Origin: Camelus ferus
Lineage: Eukaryota
DNA: 64,000 nucleotides
Reading direction: 5' to 3'
Assembly (NCBI RefSeq): GCF_009834535.1
Contig: NC_045698.1
Span: 994,001-1,058,000, forward strand
Both the position numbers and the translations under genes were made by a program. Shown here piece by piece: positions 60,991 through 64,000 of this stretch (position 1 is its first letter; each line of letters starts with the position of its first letter). The notes below the pieces were generated by a model. That model saw only the letters and a program-made list of their open reading frames with translations, did not search any database and was not told where the DNA came from.

Positions 60991-63364
60991 GCGTGCTCCT
61001 GCCCGTGGTCTGAGGAACAAGAGAGCAGGAAGCTGGACGGTTGAGCTGCCTTTTCAGGGGCCTGGGGCTCTTTGCATCCCCACCGTTTCAGGAACAGATG
61101 TTAATCATGGGTTTGGGGTCAGGTCGCAAGGGAGCTGCCACTGTGAGAGATGGGCTGTCCTGCGTCAGTTGAAGGTGTCAGACACCTGTGATGGGCCTGG
61201 GAGCTGGTTAGTGTGACCTTTGTGACACATTTGTCACTCGGGGAGACTGTGTATCATTTATGCTGAGGCTTCATTGGAGTGGCACATGGCTTCGTGTGGC
61301 AGAGGCGGGGAGGACATCACCCGTCCAGAGCCGTCATCGCAGGGCTGGTTCGGGGCTGGTAAACTAAACAGCGCCCGGCCGCGTGGCCGGTGTGACCTGG
61401 CGGAGCTGCACTTCGGGTAGCTCCCTGCTCCCTCTGCAAATAGAAATCTAAGGAGAAGCCTTACAGAAGTGTCATCTGTGGTTGGCAAGGCTTTCTGAAA
61501 ACAAGGGTGTTGCCCACGTTCTGTGGGCTCAAGACGTCAGCTGGGAGAGGGTGGGGGCCCCGCATCTCCTTGTGAGTGAGGGACTCTGCTCGGGACCGTG
61601 CTCCTGGACGGACGGAGCCGGCAGGCCCCTGGGAAACAGCTGCCAGACTGACTGCTCGTCCTCGTTTCAAATGTTATTAAAACTGCATGGTCTCCCCCTG
61701 CCCCCCCCTTATTTACAGAGATTGGTCTGTGCTGACTCTCTTGTTTCCTCCTCTTCGCTGCAGCGTTTGGCCTCTCTCTGCAGGTGGGATTCTGGGCCTG
61801 CAGGGTGGGTGGCCCTGACCCTCCAGGACCCACCTGGCACAGCCCTTCTCACCTGTGTGATGGACAGATACTAAGATCATTCACCTCAGATGGCGTTTAC
61901 TCGCGAGCGTCTCCTCTGCGTCCAGCCATCTCTCCCGTCGCTGTGTTGTCTCCAGGGGCGTCTGCAAGGGGACGGGGGTCCCACCCTGACTGGATTTGTC
62001 CTCTGTCACTGTGTCCCAATCCCATGGCCCTCTGGCCACCAGAGATGTGTGACCTTCAAGATGTGGTCGTGCTGTTTTCCATCCTGGGTGGGTTGATGGT
62101 GTGGAGGAGACACTGAGGTTTCAGAGGTGCCGGCGGGTGGGTAACCCTTGGAGCCCAGCTGTGGGACACAGACCTCGGCTGCTGACCCGGCGGCCACCGC
62201 AGGCACTTTCAAAGGGAGAGGCCGGGGCAGGGAGGGGTGCCGGGTTTTCCTCACGGGACTGTGGAGCACCTGGGGTGCAGGGCCAGCTGGGCGTGGGGGC
62301 AGGCTCCTGACTGGGGCTCCGAGGCACATCTGGGACCGTGTGGGCCCGTCAGCTCTGTCCTGTGCCCCAGGTGCTCAGGACACCATGTTAGTGCTGTCTC
62401 CCCCGTGCCCACCGAGGCCGACTCCAGGCGTGTCCCCTGTCCAGCTTTTCACGTTGGCCGCGGTAGGGGGTCGTGAGATGAACTGTTTGCCAAGCCAGGA
62501 TGCGCGAATGGCTGCTTTGCAACTTTTGCAAAAGTGAAGCTGCGTGCAGTGGGGGGAATTGTGCAGTGGCCTCCCCCCAGGTGCCTGGTCAGTCCCAGTG
62601 CTCACGGCCAGGGTGCTCCCGGGCACCCCTGCTGCCTGTCCTGAAGCCGGGCTGGGACGTGGTGTCCTCGGGTCCGAAACCCGCCAGGGCACACCCCCAG
62701 AAGGTGTCACGTCTGCAGCGGCAGCGCCACACCTGAACTTAACCGTGGTTCTTTGAAATTAAGTATCTTGGTGGTGATAAATAGTCCCAATCGTGTCATA
62801 TTTTTAATGATTTTGCAGCTTGTTGGACTCCGAATCCAAATGAGTTCTGTGCATTGTGGTTGTCAAAGTGCTCAGTTTCTCTTAACCTGCAGGCGCCCAC
62901 ACGTCCCTCCCCCCGCCTGGGGGGCCCCTGTCGTCCAGGGCCCACAGTGGCCTGGCCGCGGCCGTCTCTCCCGGCGGCCCTGCCCTCTGGAGGGGGCAGC
63001 CGGCTAGGAGGCAGCAGCGGCAGCAGATCTGACCCTAGCGGGGAGCTGCTGCGGTGGCGGCAGGCCCGTGGGCCCTTGCCTGGGCACTCCTGGCTCTGGT
63101 TCCGGTTCCTCTGCTGTGGGCGACCGTCTCCGGGTCTGCAGCTCTGGCAGGAGGGTCGATGCGCTCCCTGCTCTTAGTGTGAGCGCTGGTGCGGGGCGGG
63201 ACCGGCTCCCCGCCGAAGGCGGCCGAGAGCTCCCTTCTTTCCCTTCATTTACCACCTTGAAAATAATGCGTTGATTCCCTGCAGTAAGGAAGCAAATGGT
63301 TTAAAAACCTCTCTGGGGACCATGGATGTAATCGTATTGTTGTGTTTCGGGCCTTTGCAGTCAT

Positions 63365-63456
63365 GGTGCCCTCGTCCCCCAGGAGCCCTCGGGCCCAGGT
63401 GCCCTCGCATCCAGGTGCCCTCGCCCCCAGGACCCTCGCTTCTCAGGTGCCTCGTC
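63365..63456 (+). repeat. Degenerate ~16-bp minisatellite, about 6 units (GGTGCCCTCG-n-CCA)
   Basis: Units ggtgccctcgtccccca, ggagccctcgggccca, ggtgccctcgcatcca, ggtgccctcgccccca, ggaccctcgcttctca, ggtgcctcgtc. Confidence 0.85.
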
Positions 63457-63987
63457 TGTCACCCCTTGTGGAGCAGCCGTCGGGGTCTGGGGCTTCCTCC
63501 CCCAGCACAGCGTGGCTCAGGCTCACCTGTCACGTGTCCTGCCTGGGGCCCAGAACCAGCTGAGTTTTCAGAACCCTGTCCTGTCAGAGTGAGTGGGAGA
63601 GGCGGGGCTCCCTGCCCTGGGGCTAGTCGCTGCCTCTAGTCTTTTCCAGCAGGTGAGGGGTGGGGAACAGGCGACAGGCCGGTGGGGTGGGATGTTAGTA
63701 TCCGCGAATCCAGTCAAAGGCAGGTGAGAATTTCCTGTTCTTGCAGTTCTTGCAACTTTTCTGTGAGTTTGAAATTATAGCCAACTGAAAAGCAACTGCG
63801 CACGTGTGTTAAGTTGCTGTGTGCCTGGGAGATGCACGGTGATGATACTTCAGTCGAGTGGAGCGGTCTGCGCCCTTCCTGGGAGTGCGCGAACATCCGT
63901 GGGCGCTGCCTGCGTGACTTTAAACTCCGTGCACGTGTCTAGTTTCTGCACTTGTCTGTACAGGCTTTTCTGTCTCTCTTGCTCCAG

Positions 63988-64000
63988 GTAAATGAGAACT
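63988..64000 (+). CDS. NDUFS6: NDUFS6 exon 3, first 13 nt (V-N-E-N...), truncated by the window end
   Basis: Polypyrimidine tract cttttctgtctctcttgctccAG then GTA AAT GAG AAC T, continuing ...RQKE|VNENF of NDUFS6 in phase 0. Confidence 0.9.

Noticed and set aside
62980..62993. CTCF-like motif (CCTCCAGAGGGCAG on minus; a similar one at 31051-31064)
   Set aside because: Such near-matches are expected by chance in GC-rich DNA; not supportable without ChIP or conservation data.
1..64000. Prokaryotic-type systems (CRISPR array, operon, defence island) or an intact ERV/L1
   Set aside because: The sequence is clearly mammalian with spliceosomal introns. I see no regularly spaced repeat-spacer array, no gag/pol/env, and all L1 copies are fragmentary.

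Overview
Mammalian genomic DNA that is GC-rich and repeat-dense. It is most likely camelid, judged from a vic-1-like tRNA-derived SINE and camelid-type L1 3' ends that I recognised from memory. Two protein-coding genes are supported, head-to-head at the right end. MRPL36 (minus strand) has a single coding exon at 56189-56464 and a probable non-coding first exon. NDUFS6 (plus strand) has coding exons at 58489-58620 and 59441-59494, and exon 3 begins at 63988 and is cut by the window edge. The other ~55 kb is non-coding: L1, L2, MIR, MaLR/ERV LTR and hAT-Charlie relics, simple repeats, and several AT-rich, homeodomain/GATA/NKX-motif-dense islands that look like enhancers (in human this gene pair neighbours IRX4). 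Almost all ORFs in the track are GC-content artefacts. I see no evidence for a new multi-gene system. The most unusual items are: (i) a nested L2 > SINE > twin-primed, 5'-inverted L1 carrying ~160 bp of orphan sequence, a possible 3' transduction; (ii) sharp GC/CpG-gain patches inside old L1 copies, consistent with GC-biased gene conversion; (iii) palindrome-rich and cardiac-motif-rich candidate enhancers; (iv) NDUFS6 exon junctions that regenerate 5'-splice-site-like sequences. Repeat subfamily names and boundaries are by-eye and approximate.
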